Shown here: positions 8,241-16,423 of the stretch, piece after piece
How the letters are laid out: the number at the start of each line of letters is the position of its first letter
Position numbering within the stretch: the first letter of the stretch is position 1
Assembly: GCA_030688545.1 (NCBI GenBank)
Contig: JAUYHT010000001.1
Coordinates: forward strand, 53,195-85,194
Length of the DNA: 32,000 nucleotides
Reading direction: 5' to 3'
From: Candidatus Iainarchaeum sp.
Lineage (GTDB): Archaea > Iainarchaeota > Iainarchaeia > Iainarchaeales > VGJJ01
Translations under genes and position numbers: made by a program
The notes under the pieces: generated by a model
The model's database searches: none
What the model saw: the letters and a program-made list of their open reading frames with translations, nothing else
What the model was told of the DNA's origin: nothing

Positions 8241-8268
8241 ATGCCCCGAGCGGGATTTGAACCCGCGA
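8241..8268 (-). repeat. Direct repeat copy 2: tRNA 3'-end fragment (T-arm plus 3' acceptor strand), not an intact tRNA
   Basis: The minus-sense reading is TCGCGGGTTCAAATCCCGCTCGGGGCA, i.e. T stem-loop GCGGG-TTCAAAT-CCCGC plus acceptor strand TCGGGGC plus discriminator A. No matching 5' acceptor strand, D-arm or anticodon arm follows. Confidence 0.8.
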
Positions 8269-8296
8269 TTTAGGCACCACAAAACTTCCTTCTTTA

Positions 8297-8345
8297 TCTG
8301 CCTAAATTTAGGCAGATGGATTTAAATTACTTCATCTGCCTAAAA
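8297..8345 (+). promoter_or_regulatory. Perfect 20-bp palindrome plus extra half-site around the TATA box of the Fic gene (operator-like)
   Basis: TCTGCCTAAATTTAGGCAGA at 8297-8316, TATA-like TTTAAATT at 8321-8328, a further half-site TCTGCCTAAA at 8335-8344 and TTTAGGCA at 8269-8276. ATG is at 8350. Confidence 0.6.
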
Positions 8346-8349
8346 TGGT

Positions 8350-9327
8350 ATGGCGCTTCGAATCAAAACTATTGCCGGAAAGCCCTATTATTATCTTCAT
8401 CTGAGCTATTTTATTCAAAGTAAGTCCAAAAGTTTCAGCAAGTACGTCGGAACCGAAAAACCCACGCAAAACAATCTCACAAAATTAGAAGGTTCATTCC
8501 GGGATGAAATCATCGAAAAACTGGGAAAACAACTCTTTGCGAATGAAAACATTTCAAAGGACGATGTCATCAAGACGTTCCTTTTCCGTGACGCATTCAA
8601 TGAGAAATACAAAAAACTCTCACCGGTTGAACGAAAAAATTTCGAAGTCAACCGCACCATCCTTTTTACTTTAACCACACTTACAACTGAAGACGTGGAC
8701 GTGGATTTGAACGACGTGATGGCAGCCTACCAAAAAGAGGCAAAACTGGATGCGCGTGAAACAATCAGCAAAAACATGCTCGAAGGGGTAGCTAAAATCA
8801 AAGAGTCGTGGAAGCTAGATGAAAAATCAATTCTATCGCTCCACAAAACAATTATGGCCAGTTTTGAAACGAAAAATCCGGGAACCTTTCGCCAAAGACA
8901 AGTTTACATTCACCGTCAAGATGAAAAAAATCCATTTGGAATAGAGATCGCACACCGTCCGCCTTCTTTTCTGGAAATACCAGAGCGCGTTGAGGAAATG
9001 GTTAAGTGGTATAATTCAAGTGGTCTTAATCCTATCGAAAAAGCGGCAGGCATTCATTTTGAATTGTATGTTATTCATCCATTTTTGGATGGGAATAAGC
9101 GCGTATCCCGGCTACTATTCAATAAAGCACTAATCGAAAATAGTTTTCCGTTAGTAAACATCTCCGAAAAGAAAGAGGATTATTTTCGCGCACTTATTCA
9201 GTCGGTTGAGGCCAAAAATGTAAAACCATTCACTGAGTTCGCCCTCAATGAGTTTTACCGGCAAGTCAGACAGTTCCTAAAAGCTAAAAAAATACCCAAA
9301 ACAAATATAGAACAAAAAGGGGAATGA
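8350..9327 (+). CDS. Fic/DOC family protein (Fic1) with deviant active-site motif
   Basis: 325 aa. The Fic core is HPFLDGNKRVSR versus canonical HxFx(D/E)GNGRxxR, a Gly to Lys change. It is an N-terminal paralog of the ORF at 29567-30499 (both start M.....K....YYYL). Confidence 0.85.
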   Translation: MALRIKTIAGKPYYYLHLSYFIQSKSKSFSKYVGTEKPTQNNLTKLEGSFRDEIIEKLGKQLFANENISKDDVIKTFLFRDAFNEKYKKLSPVERKNFEVNRTILFTLTTLTTEDVDVDLNDVMAAYQKEAKLDARETISKNMLEGVAKIKESWKLDEKSILSLHKTIMASFETKNPGTFRQRQVYIHRQDEKNPFGIEIAHRPPSFLEIPERVEEMVKWYNSSGLNPIEKAAGIHFELYVIHPFLDGNKRVSRLLFNKALIENSFPLVNISEKKEDYFRALIQSVEAKNVKPFTEFALNEFYRQVRQFLKAKKIPKTNIEQKGE

Positions 9328-9341
9328 AAAAAGTAGGATAA

Positions 9342-9378
9342 TTATCACCACCTGACTAGAAAAAGTAGGTGGTGATAA
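9342..9378. terminator. 12-bp perfect stem hairpin downstream of Fic1
   Basis: TTATCACCACCT (9342-9353) / AGGTGGTGATAA (9367-9378) with a 13-nt loop, flanked by A-runs. It ends 2 bp before repeat copy 3. Confidence 0.5.
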
Positions 9379-9380
9379 AA

Positions 9381-9434
9381 ATGCCCCGAGCGGGATTTGA
9401 ACTCACTATTCCCACTTGCCCTACGACTGAAAAA
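9381..9434. repeat. Direct repeat copy 3 (ATGCCCCGAGCGGGATTTGAAC plus about 30 bp similar to copy 1)
   Basis: 9381-9402 is identical to 8241-8262. The T-arm is broken after GAAC. Confidence 0.85.
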
Positions 9435-9700
9435 CGTGGCACGCAATCTCGTACACTATGCTAAACAATTGCAACCATTTCCCTCGAAAGCTAAAAATGA
9501 GGAAGTGGTGAATGGAGGTGCCCCAAAACAACCAGAGATCGAAGTCCCAGAAGATCCAGTCGAACGGTTAGTTATCGAATGCCTTTTCCGAAGGCCATGC
9601 GCTTCCTAAACAAGGGTAATCTTTCGGCTTAAAACCAAATATTTTGACAGGGCCCGTCGGAAGGGTAGTTTTTTATATCCCAAATCATTCCACTCTTTTC

Positions 9701-10321
9701 ATGGGCATTGTGACGAATACCAGGAGGGCCATTCGAGACGCTGCTTTTCTTGGTCAACGGGCTAAAGGAGCCCAATTTAGAACCGTTCGTCCTCCGATGT
9801 GGCGTCGAAAAAGTATTCGCCTTCAGCTTGCTCATCACAGAAACGTTCAAAATTTCCTGACTCGCTCGACCGATAACCTCATCCTGGCGCGCGAGAAGGT
9901 CATCAATGGGGAAGTTGACCCCAGGCATATTAATGAGTTTAACAAAAGTGTCAAGGCTGGCTACATGTATAATAGCGTTGTGCGAAAGGTTTTGGGGGCT
10001 GGAGCAGGTGGTATGGTATTTGTCACAAAGATGGTTTCAGAGGGAGGTGGAATTCCTGCTTTAATTGTGGGAGGGGGGTTTTCTGGATTGTTTGCCGCCG
10101 GTTTTTTGTCAACGATACCCAGTGCGCGCCGAGCCCGTTTGTTCAAAGTGTTGAGGCGAGAAATTTATGTACAAAGGGATGGTGAGACATTTCATCGGAA
10201 TAAGAAAAGTCATAATGAGAGAGTGGTGGATGCGGTTATCCGCGAGTTGTCTGAATTGCAACAAGAGAATGAGCGCCAGATGAATATCGTCCAGAGCCAA
10301 TTAGAACACGCTAAGAAATAA
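9701..10321 (+). CDS. Hypothetical basic protein with Gly-rich hydrophobic segment; possible distant member of the P family
   Basis: A TATA-like TTTTATAT box at 9670-9678 lies about 27 bp upstream of ATG 9701; the track start is TTG 9644. Gly-rich segment: VLGAGAGGMVFV...GGGIPALIVGGGFSGLFAAGFL. The motif PSARRARLFKVLRREIY resembles the P-family C-terminal motif. The tail looks like a coiled coil. Confidence 0.5.
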   Translation: MGIVTNTRRAIRDAAFLGQRAKGAQFRTVRPPMWRRKSIRLQLAHHRNVQNFLTRSTDNLILAREKVINGEVDPRHINEFNKSVKAGYMYNSVVRKVLGAGAGGMVFVTKMVSEGGGIPALIVGGGFSGLFAAGFLSTIPSARRARLFKVLRREIYVQRDGETFHRNKKSHNERVVDAVIRELSELQQENERQMNIVQSQLEHAKK

Positions 10322-10372
10322 CGCCCTATTTCTTCATTCCTATTTAATCGTTTGCGCCCCTATTCATTATAT

Positions 10373-11401
10373 ATGGTCACCCCATTCCAATTTCCTTTCA
10401 CTGGCACCCTGCCCCATTTCCATTCTCCAGGTTTAGAGGTGGATTTGGCAAAGCGGGAATTCCGAACGTATGCCCTCGGTGTCCGCTCGCCCGACCCGGA
10501 GGCCAAGCAGCGGGCGCTCGAACTCCTCAGGAAGGAAGTGGAAACTCATTCTCTTTTCCGGGGAAAGGAATTAGTCCATCAACAACCCGATATCGAACTG
10601 GTTTTTGATCTGGCAAAGAAAATAATCGATCTCCACGTGTTTCCCCTTATCCTCACTGGAAAATACACCAAGCTCGTGCGTACCATTGCTCAAACGTTTC
10701 ATTATTGTCCCGCGTGCAAAGGCATTGGTTGTGCGTCCTGCGGAGGGAAAGGAAAAATCACCGAGGAGAGCGTGCAGGAGCTCCTCTCTCCCTTTCTAAA
10801 AGACGCCTTCGCCTGCGACGCGGTGTTGTTTCATGGCGCGGGGAGGGAAGATGTGGACGTGCGCATGCTGGGTTCAGGACGGCCATTTGCCATTACACTT
10901 GAAAATCCCCGAAAACGTGCCGCCGACATGGCGCGTATCCAAGAAAATATTAACATCTCCCTGACTGGGAAAGTGCAAGTCAGTCATTTGGAGATCGGCA
11001 TCCCTTTCGACGTGGCGCGCCTTACTCAACAGTACCATACTAAGCGGTACCGCGCCCTCGTAAAAAGTTCCATTCCCCTGGAGATATCCAAACTCCAAAC
11101 CCATTTAGGTCAAAAGATAGACGTCCTCCAAACCACCCCCATTCGAGTGGAGAAGCGCCGCGTCATGAAACAGCGTCCCCATTGGGTTATTCTCGAAAAA
11201 GTGGAACACGTTGACGATACCCACATTCTAATCCACTTGCATGCCTCCGCTGGCTGCTATATCAAGGAATTCATTTCAGGTGACGAAGGGAGAAGCGTGC
11301 CATCCTTTGCCGATTGGGTGGGCGTCCCCTGCGTGTGCGAGGAACTCGATGTCCTGGAGATTGTCGAGGGCCAGGAGAAGACTTTTTATGTGGTGGAATA
11401 A
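10373..11401 (+). CDS. pus10: tRNA pseudouridine synthase Pus10 (archaeal Psi54/55 synthase)
   Basis: It has a Zn-ribbon (CPACKGIGCASCGGKGK), a GREDVDVRMLGSGRPF catalytic-domain block and a C-terminal YIKEFISGDEGRSVPSF block typical of Pus10. Start is ATG 10373, or TTG 10352. Confidence 0.85.
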   Translation: MVTPFQFPFTGTLPHFHSPGLEVDLAKREFRTYALGVRSPDPEAKQRALELLRKEVETHSLFRGKELVHQQPDIELVFDLAKKIIDLHVFPLILTGKYTKLVRTIAQTFHYCPACKGIGCASCGGKGKITEESVQELLSPFLKDAFACDAVLFHGAGREDVDVRMLGSGRPFAITLENPRKRAADMARIQENINISLTGKVQVSHLEIGIPFDVARLTQQYHTKRYRALVKSSIPLEISKLQTHLGQKIDVLQTTPIRVEKRRVMKQRPHWVILEKVEHVDDTHILIHLHASAGCYIKEFISGDEGRSVPSFADWVGVPCVCEELDVLEIVEGQEKTFYVVE

Positions 11402-11791
11402 CTACTTCTTTTCAAACCGGTCCTTGTCTCTCCCATAGCACTTGTCCATAACGCGCTTCCACGCGCCATCCAAATCAATGTTTTGCGAATTGGCCAAACA
11501 GCAGAGAGTAAAAATAATGTCTCCCATTTCATCTTCCAGTTCCCTCGTCTCTTCGCTGGATTTCTTCTTCTTGGGCCCCCAACGATGATTCACTTCGCGC
11601 GCCAATTCTCCCGTTTCTTCTGTCAGGCGCGCCATAATCTCCAACGGCTGCCAATATGGGGGATTGAATCCTTGCGCCCACGCATCTACGTCCTTTTGTA
11701 TCTCTTTGAGGGGCATAGGCTGGCCTATGTTTCTCTGTTGATTTAAATGTTGCTCCATGTTTGAATGGAAATCCATTGTAGAATATTTCAT
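11402..11791 (-). CDS. MazG-like nucleotide pyrophosphohydrolase
   Basis: 129 aa with EETGELAREV and ELEDEMGDIIFTLCCLAN (EExxE...ExxD MazG-type metal-binding helices). It overlaps the upstream gene by 4 nt. Confidence 0.8.
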   Translation of the reverse strand: MKYSTMDFHSNMEQHLNQQRNIGQPMPLKEIQKDVDAWAQGFNPPYWQPLEIMARLTEETGELAREVNHRWGPKKKKSSEETRELEDEMGDIIFTLCCLANSQNIDLDGAWKRVMDKCYGRDKDRFEKK

Positions 11792-12765
11792 GCCTTATTT
11801 ATCTCTTCGTTTGTCTCGAACGGAATTACTTTCGCATCCTGGATAATGAGTTCTACTTCCCCGCCCATCCCTATTTTACTTCGTCCTCGGATTCGGAGGC
11901 GTTTTCCCAGCAGGTTCCGGTGCAACTCTCTTTTCCCTTCATCGCTCTGCAAGGCCGCCAACACTTCTTCTTTAGTCTTTCCATACGTCTGGAGCGCCTG
12001 CTCCTCGAAGGCCACCCCCCGCAGGGAGGCTGACCCATCATCCAACAACAAGGGTAGCAGGAGCCGCGCATCTATTTTCTCGGATTGGCAGTGCACGCAC
12101 GCGGTCATAATTTCAGGGAGTTTCCCTCCGCAACCCCCGCATTTCACATAATATCCTTTCCCCGGGAGCACGTCGATGATATGCGCCTCTCCGTGAACGG
12201 AACGGTTTTCCTGGATGTGGGCAAATGGGGTTATTTTGTCTGGGGCAGAAATATTATCCCCACCCTCATTCGTCACCGTAAACCCCCCATTATACCCCAT
12301 GTTCAATTGCAGAGTCTCCTGAAACAATCCCACTCGGCAATTCGTTAGTTTCAATTGGCTTCCCGGCCGCAGGCCTTTTTGCAAGGCCTCGTCGGCCTGG
12401 TCATTCCAGAACGTGATGAGCGCCTCCCCCGTTTGGTCTTTGAGGCGGACGTGGATGTATTTTCCCTCTTTTCCATTCCGGGTGAATGGTTTCATCCGAT
12501 CGACCATCGTGACATTTCCCTGTGTGTCCACATTGGCCATCCCGGCCTTCAATTCTCCTAGCTTGAGTAAAGTATGATCGGCCTGAAGCGAGGATATCTT
12601 CACTCGTAACTCATTAGCCACCAGGACGGTGGCGCCGTGTTCGGTTAGCAATCCATTGAATTGGGCGATTTTCTTTTCGATGCGGGCGCGGACATCTATT
12701 TCATCCATTCCTGATTGAGCGACGATCTCTCGGAGAGCGCTTTCCATATCTATGCTAGCAGTCAT
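11788..12765 (-). CDS. Replication protein A (RPA)-like ssDNA-binding protein, OB folds plus C4 zinc ribbon
   Basis: 325 aa. OB-fold-like segments flank CGGCGGKLPEIMTACVHCQ. There is an N-terminal helical domain. The architecture matches archaeal RPA/RFA large subunits. Confidence 0.7.
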   Translation of the reverse strand: MTASIDMESALREIVAQSGMDEIDVRARIEKKIAQFNGLLTEHGATVLVANELRVKISSLQADHTLLKLGELKAGMANVDTQGNVTMVDRMKPFTRNGKEGKYIHVRLKDQTGEALITFWNDQADEALQKGLRPGSQLKLTNCRVGLFQETLQLNMGYNGGFTVTNEGGDNISAPDKITPFAHIQENRSVHGEAHIIDVLPGKGYYVKCGGCGGKLPEIMTACVHCQSEKIDARLLLPLLLDDGSASLRGVAFEEQALQTYGKTKEEVLAALQSDEGKRELHRNLLGKRLRIRGRSKIGMGGEVELIIQDAKVIPFETNEEINKA

Positions 12766-12896
12766 ATCCCTTTTTCTTTACGTCTTCCTTCGTTTTAAGG
12801 GTGTCTCTGCAGGGAGCGTTCCCTAAAATGAGTCTATTTTTCGTTCGCTCCGAATGTTCATGCTTTATATTTGTAGTTGTCGTGTGTGAGTAGCCT

Positions 12897-13577
12897 ATGT
12901 GGGAAGAGTTAGGGGAAGGGATATACGCCTCGTTCGGTTCGGAGCGAGAGACCAATGCCTACGTGTTAGTGGGCAAAGACGTCGCTCTCATCGATTCAGG
13001 GTTGGACATCAATGCCCGACAGCTCAAGGAAGGCCTGTCGTCTATCGGCCTCTCCCCCAAAGAAGTGGGGATGATCCTCCACACGCACGGGCATGCCGAT
13101 AATTTCGGTCTGGACCATTTGTTTCCCCGCGCTCAAGTCTGGATGCATCCCGCCGATGCCACGTATGTCAATTCGCGCGACTCCTCTTTCGTCATGGCGG
13201 AGAGCTTGCAAGCGTATGGATTGAAATTCCCCCAAATACCGCATCATTTCATTGAGAAGCAGGTCATCGACCTGGGTAATTTTTCCATCCAGGTTCTTTT
13301 CACTCCTGGCCACACCAAAGGAAGTGTCTCCTTCATGGAAACAAACAAGAAATGGCTTTTTTGCGGGGACGCGTTGTTTTCCACCGGTTTAGGGAGGTGG
13401 GATTTAACATCAGGCAATAAGCCCCAAGTCATATCATCCGCTAGGAAAATATTGTTCTCTTCTCCCCGGATGGTTTTACCCGGCCACGGCCCCCCGCTTA
13501 AAGCCCGGGGCTCCGCCTCCATCGCCCGCCAGCTCGAACGACTCATGGTGGAGGAAGTGCCTGAGGCGTTCTACTAA
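12897..13577 (+). CDS. MBL-fold metallo-hydrolase (glyoxalase II-like)
   Basis: 226 aa. Motif LHTHGHADNFG is HxHxD followed by N instead of the usual H. Later blocks are TPGHTKGS and LPGHG. Confidence 0.8.
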   Translation: MWEELGEGIYASFGSERETNAYVLVGKDVALIDSGLDINARQLKEGLSSIGLSPKEVGMILHTHGHADNFGLDHLFPRAQVWMHPADATYVNSRDSSFVMAESLQAYGLKFPQIPHHFIEKQVIDLGNFSIQVLFTPGHTKGSVSFMETNKKWLFCGDALFSTGLGRWDLTSGNKPQVISSARKILFSSPRMVLPGHGPPLKARGSASIARQLERLMVEEVPEAFY

Positions 13578-13739
13578 AAAGTAATTTCCGGCTGGCCGTC
13601 GAGGCGTAAAGATGTCCTCCTGGGTTGCTTCATCTCGGTTTGAAAAACTCATTTTAATAGTATGCTGGTAGACTAGGTTAATTGGGGCCAGGGGGTAGGC
13701 CGTTTTATAAGCCCTTTTTGTTTAATATCGCTGGTTCGC

Positions 13740-14582
13740 ATGGCGCTTCACACCCAGAAAGACGGCCTCCAGGCGGACGGGATAAAATCCTTCCCGCAGT
13801 CCCCCCAATCGGGAAAAGTTTACCAATCCCTCCTCTCTCATGCTAAAGAGTCTCCCGGCCACGTTTTCCTCGTCATCGATCCTCCCGATCATCAGCCCGA
13901 ACAGGTGAAAGCCCTCGCCCAAGCCGCCGACCGAGCGGGCATCTCGGCCTTCGCCGTAGGGGGAAGCCTTGGGGCGCAAGGAAAACTATTGGATGAGTGC
14001 ATCACGGCCATCAAATCGGTGTCCCAGAAGCCTGTTATCCTCTTCCCAGGAAATATTGCCACCATCTCCCCACAAGCGGATGCCCTTTATTTCATGGTGC
14101 TCTTCAACTCCCTTGATCCCTATTACTTGTCCGGCGCCCAGGTGGCGGCCGCCTATCCGGTGTCCCGCATGCGTTTAGAGACCATTGGCACCGCCTATTT
14201 AGTCTTCGAACCCGGCCAAGCCGTGGGATGGGTTGGTTCCGCCAAACTTCTTCCCCGCAACATCCCCTATTTGGGGGCTGTGAATGCCCTCGCCGCCCAG
14301 ATGATGGGATTCCAGCTCATCATCCTCGAATCCGGGAGCGGGGCTCCTGCCTGCGTTCCCCCTGAGTGCATTGCCGCCGTGCGGAAGATGGTATACCTTC
14401 CCGTCGTCGTGGCGGGGGGCGTGCGCACCCCTGATGATGTGTATGCGTGCATCACTGCGGGCGCCGACATCGTGCACGTGGGCACGAGCATCGTGAAGGC
14501 CTCTGAAGGCAGCCTGGAGAAGGCCGAGCAGCTCATGAACGAATTGGTGATTGCGGCCAAGAAAGCGGGGAAGGAACGCTGA
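13740..14582 (+). CDS. Geranylgeranylglyceryl phosphate synthase (GGGPS/PcrB family)
   Basis: 280 aa with VIDPPD, FAVGGS, ILFPGN, LESGSGAP and VVAGGVRTP blocks of the PcrB/GGGPS TIM barrel. A TATA-like TTTTATAA box lies about 30 bp upstream of ATG 13740. Confidence 0.85.
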   Translation: MALHTQKDGLQADGIKSFPQSPQSGKVYQSLLSHAKESPGHVFLVIDPPDHQPEQVKALAQAADRAGISAFAVGGSLGAQGKLLDECITAIKSVSQKPVILFPGNIATISPQADALYFMVLFNSLDPYYLSGAQVAAAYPVSRMRLETIGTAYLVFEPGQAVGWVGSAKLLPRNIPYLGAVNALAAQMMGFQLIILESGSGAPACVPPECIAAVRKMVYLPVVVAGGVRTPDDVYACITAGADIVHVGTSIVKASEGSLEKAEQLMNELVIAAKKAGKER

Positions 14583-14592
14583 TTATTTTCGT

Positions 14593-14973
14593 TTACATTG
14601 CATCGAACCGTCGCATATCATACAGGGTCAAAATGGCTGCAGTCATCTTATTTTCTGCATACTTTCGATGATACTTTGCACGCGTTAAGTGATAATGGTA
14701 CAACAAAACCCGTGCCTCATCGCGAGGCACTTCCATCCGGCGGAGTGTCAATGGCAAGTCATACGCCCCCATGGGAAGTTTTCTGTCCAGGGCGTCTTGT
14801 TTGATGCGCGCCCATTTTTCCTCAATCGCGCCCGGCTTGGTGGCGATGATTCTTTCAATTTCCAATATGAGGCGCTCATATCTTTGGCGATGGGACGTCT
14901 TTTTCCCACTGGGTTTCCGTGGCCGCTTTCCCGGTCCCCCAGGCCTTGGTTGTTTTCCCCCTTTTTGAGTCAT
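14593..14973 (-). CDS. Hypothetical highly basic protein, dispersed paralog family member P4
   Basis: 126 aa. TATA-like TTTTATT (plus coordinates 14996-15002) lies about 26 bp upstream. The motif VPRDEARVLLYHYHLTRAKY aligns with KPLEARLFLFHFYRYFRAY of P2. Confidence 0.6.
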   Translation of the reverse strand: MTQKGGKQPRPGGPGKRPRKPSGKKTSHRQRYERLILEIERIIATKPGAIEEKWARIKQDALDRKLPMGAYDLPLTLRRMEVPRDEARVLLYHYHLTRAKYHRKYAENKMTAAILTLYDMRRFDAM

Positions 14974-15012
14974 GGAGGGGGTGGTGTTCTCCCTGAATAA
15001 AAGCGTTCCCGA

Positions 15013-15849
15013 TCAGAGGTTTTCATAATACTCTTTCAACAATAGCGCATCTTTCTCTTGCCCGGGGCATTCGGTGATGCATATTCCTCCCACCCCAAAG
15101 GCTTTCCAGCTTTCCAGCATGGCCTTCCAATTCAATGTGCTTTCAGGTGAATCGAAGGAGGTGTGGTATTTTTCTCCTTTTTCAGTGAATGTGATGCCAC
15201 AAGCCTGGATGTGCATGTTTTTCAAATAGCGGGAATCGAAATTTTCTATTTTTTCCAATATGGCATCACATGCCGCGCGGGTCGTCAGACTCCCTCCACT
15301 CGTGGCGTGGGCGTGGCCGAAGTCCATGCACCACCCCATTCGCTCTTCAGCCGCGATGGCCATAACCTCTTCCAGATTTCCCCATTGACTAACCTTCCCC
15401 GCGAACTCGGGGGCGATGGTGATGGCAATTCCTTCCGCATCCAGGCGGTCGTATATCCCATGGCACGCTTCCAGAATTTTGTCCTTGATCATTTGGGTAT
15501 CATCCCCATGTCTAAAAGCCGCATGCACCGCCACGCTTTCGGCCCCGCACAGCCCTCCCATTCGGCAGGCGGTGTACAACCGTTCCACGCTCGCGTCCAT
15601 AATCTCTTTCTTCCGGGCGTTCAGGTTGATATAGTAGGGCGCGTGCACACTCAATCGTATTCCCGCTTTCTTCCTCGCCGTGTCAACCTCGCGGGCTTTC
15701 GCATCCTCCCGAATGTAGACGGATTGCACGAATGCCAGTTCCATGGCCTCTAATCCCAATGGGGGGATGCTTTCAACCCCCCGCACGAGTCCCTTTCCGG
15801 CGGCCGCCAGGGGTATTCCCGAGGGGCCGAACCAGAGTTTCCGTGCCAT
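15013..15849 (-). CDS. nfo: Endonuclease IV / AP endonuclease family 2 (xylose isomerase-like TIM barrel)
   Basis: 278 aa with SVHAPYYINL, AVHAA, FGHAHA and HIQA metal-ligand blocks typical of Nfo-type TIM barrels. Confidence 0.75.
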   Translation of the reverse strand: MARKLWFGPSGIPLAAAGKGLVRGVESIPPLGLEAMELAFVQSVYIREDAKAREVDTARKKAGIRLSVHAPYYINLNARKKEIMDASVERLYTACRMGGLCGAESVAVHAAFRHGDDTQMIKDKILEACHGIYDRLDAEGIAITIAPEFAGKVSQWGNLEEVMAIAAEERMGWCMDFGHAHATSGGSLTTRAACDAILEKIENFDSRYLKNMHIQACGITFTEKGEKYHTSFDSPESTLNWKAMLESWKAFGVGGICITECPGQEKDALLLKEYYENL

Positions 15850-15937
15850 GCTGGAATGGAACCTGAATCATTCTTTATGGGTTTGGTTCGGCTTTCCCAC
15901 CCATAAGATAAATAATGTTTCTCCGGCAGAAGATTCT

Positions 15938-16375
15938 ATGCCAAGCCTTGAAGAATCACACCTTCCTTTCGAAGGGGCAATAAAGAAGCCCGATGCCCAA
16001 TCCAAACTGGCCGGATTTAAGAGTATTCCATTCACGGTGGAATTCACCATTTCCCTCCGGGATGCCACCATCCGACAGATTGGATTCGAGTCGACGAGTG
16101 GGGATGGGGCGTTCAAGCGTATTCTCTCCCGCGTGAGCGGGGAATTTGTTGGGCAGACCAAAGAGGAAGCTGAATCCCTCTCCTTCGAGGATTGTTCCCA
16201 GCGTCTCTCCTTGTCCCCAGAGGAATATGAATGGGGGTTGTTCGCCTGGACCGGGATTCAGGACGCGGTGGCCAAACTCCCATCCTCTGATCCTTTTGAC
16301 ATGGCCGTGCGCAAGATCGCCCGTCTCAATAGTGAGTTCTCCACACCCCCTTCGAGTGCCGAGTTTGAGGACTGA
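15938..16375 (+). CDS. Hypothetical protein, weak IscU/NifU-N-like pattern without the conserved cysteines
   Basis: ATG 15938 (MPSLEESH...) was chosen because earlier in-frame starts overlap nfo. The pattern VEFTISLRDATIRQIGFESTSGDGAFKRILSRVSGEFVGQTKEEAESL resembles the IscU core, but Cys ligands are absent. Confidence 0.45.
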   Translation: MPSLEESHLPFEGAIKKPDAQSKLAGFKSIPFTVEFTISLRDATIRQIGFESTSGDGAFKRILSRVSGEFVGQTKEEAESLSFEDCSQRLSLSPEEYEWGLFAWTGIQDAVAKLPSSDPFDMAVRKIARLNSEFSTPPSSAEFED

Positions 16376-16423
16376 TCCCCAAGTGGATGGATCATCTGAA
16401 ATGGATGGATCAAAAAATAAACA

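Noticed and set aside
8242-8345. Intact or intron-containing tRNA on the minus strand starting from the clean T-arm/acceptor fragment
   Set aside because: A stem AGGCA/TGCCT can be drawn around a 22-nt loop. However, position 33 would not be U, there is no D-arm, and there is no GCCCCGA 5' acceptor strand anywhere nearby. The AGGCA belongs to the 20-bp operator palindrome. A split-tRNA 3' half cannot be excluded without a genome-wide search.
15743-15937. Upstream in-frame starts of the 15743-16375 ORF
   Set aside because: They overlap the 5' end of nfo on the opposite strand, and ATG 15848 even interlocks with the nfo start codon. ATG 15938 avoids the overlap.
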